Notes under the pieces: model-generated | The model's input: only the letters and a program-made list of their open reading frames with translations | The model's database searches: none | What the model was told of the DNA's origin: nothing | Translations under genes and position numbers: made by a program | Part shown: positions 32,446 to 34,745 of the stretch, one piece after another | Layout: each line of letters begins with the position of its first letter | How positions within the stretch are numbered: position 1 is the first letter of the stretch | Source of the DNA: Octopus bimaculoides | Lineage: Eukaryota | Assembly (NCBI RefSeq): GCF_001194135.2 | Contig: NC_068994.1 | Location: forward strand, 50,856,632 to 50,891,376 | Reading direction: 5' to 3' | DNA length: 34,745 nt

Positions 32446-33719
32446 GTGTATATACATATGTGTATATATATATGTATGTATATGGATGCGCCTGTGTATG
32501 CAAGTGTGCATATGTGCTTGCATTCCTGTCAGGAGTGTACTATTGAAACTCTCAGGCTGAACTTGTCCTGCTCGTCTTTCGCAGAAAAACCAAACCCAGC
32601 CAAATAAATGATAAATAAAATAAAAAGTAAAATAAAAGTAAAATGTGAGGGTGTTGTTGTTGAATGGGTATGTGGCCTGGTGCAGTGGGGTAGGTGGGGC
32701 TGAGGGTGCCATAAAGGGTGATGGGGGAAGGGGAGACCATACAGAAAAATCCAAGCAAATTGGGCCAGTGTGCTGTTTTGTTGTTAATCTCTCTTGACAA
32801 GGGGCTGCCAGACAACAAATCCCCTTCATAACACCACCACCACCACTATTATAGCCATCACCAACATCATTATTATTACTATTACCACTACCATTACTCC
32901 CACCACCACCACCACCACTACATCCATCACCAGGACTACCACCTCTGCTATTACTACTACTACTACACCGCTACCCTTGCCTATTTCTACCACTATTTCT
33001 TCCACTGCCACCACTATCACCTGTACCACCACCACTGCTGCTGCTGCTGCTGCTACTACTACTACTACTATAGAAACAAGATAATTTATTAATTTAAAAC
33101 CTGATTTTTGTGTAAGATGTTGGTCAGTGGGAGTGGTTGTTTCCATGGGGTGGGGGTAGTAGCTATCAGGGGGGACAGGGTGCAAGATTCTTATTGTCTG
33201 ATTTTTTTTGATTATTGTGTGTGTGTGTGTGTGTGTGTGTGAAGGGGCAAGGGGTAAAAATCAAAACAGAGGAAAGTAAAAAAGGAAAAGAAGGGAAAGA
33301 AACAAACCTACATAGGTTCAAGTCTTCAGTGCTTTAACTAAATACTAATGGGGTCATGAAGAAGAAAGCTGTTTGTTCTTCCTCTTTGTTGTATTGTCTC
33401 TGAATCTATGCTTTTAGCCTTTTCATATACACAATCACATACATACACACACACTTATGCATACACACAGACAAATAGGCTCTATTGGCCTATCCCAACA
33501 ATCATTAATTATATTATTACCAATAATTAGTATTATCAATTATGTTGTTATCAATCATAAGTTAATTAATGCGAGCATGCACAAGTGTGTTTTTGTTGTT
33601 GGTGGTAGTTGTGGTGGTGGTGGTGGTGGTGGTGGTGGTGGTGGTGGTGGTGGTGTTTTGCTCTGGGTCAGCCCTGATCGAACAAAACCTTTGATAAATT
33701 ACATACATCAGACCCGCAG

Positions 33720-33885
33720 ATATTCTTTTACTTGTTTCAGTCGTTTGACTGTGGCCATGCTGGAGCACTGCATATAATCAAACAAATCGACCCAAGGACT
33801 TATTCTTTGTAAGGTTAGTACTTATTCTATCAGTCTTTTTTGCTGAACTGCTAAGTTACGGGGGACACAAGCACACCAGCATAGT
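33720..33885 (-). mobile_element. Family A SINE 3' part
   Basis: ttacttgtttcagtcgtttgactgtggccatgctggagcac ... aaatcgacccaaggacttattctttgtaagg ... gctaagttacggggg. Confidence 0.85.
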
Positions 33886-34135
33886 GTGTATATATGTGTG
33901 TATGTTTCATTAAAAGAAATTTTGTACAGACAAGAAATAACTGGACAAATGAAAACATGCAAGGAAGTATGGAAAAAAAAAAACAACCCAATAAATATAT
34001 AACAATATTTCTTGCTATATCAAAGAAAATATTAATATACAACACCACACTTCTACTGAAATTGTAATAGAACAGCCTGGTGGTGCACAAGTTCTATTGA
34101 GTTGCAATCTGTACCCAACTGTGGGTTAAGCTTAC

Positions 34136-34267
34136 GATAGAGGAAACCTAGTGTTGAGGGTACCATTACACGCAAGCAAGTGCATTGAACTCTACAAGAT
34201 CTGTGTGCACAAGAAGCAATGGATGGGAGGCCTTTCTCAACATCATTTTGATTTATTATCACTGTCA
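34136..34267 (-). CDS. Candidate 132-nt internal exon (phase 1-1) (V)TVIINQNDVEKGLPSIASCAHRSCRVQCTCLRVMVPSTLGFLY(R)
   Basis: On minus: acceptor cacctactttccacattaCAG, donor GTAAGC at 34135-34130, only the phase-1 frame is open, unique non-repetitive sequence. No homology recognised. Confidence 0.3.
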
Positions 34268-34364
34268 CTGTAATGTGGAAAGTAGGTGGTCACCGCTGTT
34301 GCTGTGTGGCAGAAATGGTATACAGTCAGGCAAGATTGGTAAAGGAGGGTGGAGCATATTGTTC

Positions 34365-34651
34365 TGAGTTTGGTGCTTTCCATTTTTCAGATATTTTTAA
34401 ACCCCACCCATTACTGTTTCCTTCGTCCATCCTATTGCATCATGGAAGTTGATTTCTTTTTTTCTACCGTTGACTGAACACTATTCAATTTTTTTTCTCC
34501 GTGTTTTTCTCCTTGTCTCCGTATTCTTTCTGTTGAAGAGCGTAGCTCGAAACGTCAAAGACTTTCCGTATTCCCGAGCGTCATACTAATATATACTTTT
34601 GTTATTTACACCACCTGTCCTCGTCTGTTGTTATTTTTTGTATAATCTCCC

Positions 34652-34652
<1 letters not shown>
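34365..34652 (+). mobile_element. Penelope-like pLTR-type repeat carrying a hammerhead motif
   Basis: Pyrimidine-rich unit around ttctgttgaagagcgtagctcgaaacgtcaaag. The CTGNNGA..GAAACGT arrangement is typical of PLE terminal repeats; boundaries are approximate. Confidence 0.55.
34525..34561 (+). ncRNA. Minimal type-I hammerhead ribozyme motif with variant core (CUGUUGA)
   Basis: UCUUU-CUGUUGA-A-GAGC-gua-GCUC-GAA-ACGU-C-AAAGA: perfect stem I (5 bp) and stem II (4 bp), palindromic ACGU stem III, GUC triplet; predicted scission after C34556. Confidence 0.7.
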
Positions 34653-34682
<30 letters not shown>

Positions 34683-34745
34683 CTAAGGGTGATAAATTGA
34701 ATATTAATTTAATTAACATCAATTTAGAACCTGTGGCCTAGCATA

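Noticed and set aside
228-33777. Most ORF-track entries (poly-[18 protein letters not shown], poly-T/V)
   Set aside because: They are translations of di-, tri- and tetranucleotide microsatellites lacking stops in some frames; there is no protein signal.
34020-34130. Plus-frame EIVIEQPGGAQVLLSCNLYP resembling an Ig-domain start
   Set aside because: A stop follows within a few codons, there is no acceptor and no Ig C-strand Trp or second Cys; the minus-strand exon reading is better bounded.
1-34745. CRISPR arrays, rRNA, operons, prokaryotic systems
   Set aside because: No regularly spaced repeat-spacer arrays, rRNA-like or gene-dense segments; the sequence is typical repeat-rich animal DNA.

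Overview
AT-rich, microsatellite-saturated eukaryotic draft-assembly sequence with ten N gaps (about 2.7 kb in total). The repeat families resemble those I associate with octopus/coleoid cephalopod genomes; that is recognition from memory, not a database result. No complete gene or recognisable protein domain is present, and essentially all ORFs in the track are microsatellite, SINE or N-gap artefacts. The window reads as intron or intergenic DNA. It is tiled by several modular tRNA-derived SINE families, one nested with a perfect 16-bp TSD and several forming inverted pairs. It also holds a rearranged mariner remnant, piggyBac-like TTAA-CCCTTT ends and two foldback/MITE-like elements. The most notable signal is three minimal type-I hammerhead-ribozyme-like motifs in three unrelated sequence contexts (9919-10034 minus, 12027-12072 minus, 34525-34561 plus), of the kind known from Penelope-like retroelement pLTRs. 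One has a non-canonical core (U at A6), and one lies inside a 200-bp foldback that could sequester it. Several short candidate exons with good splice signals exist on both strands (best join: ...NEQENIY|ETLDIF... on plus), but all are low confidence.
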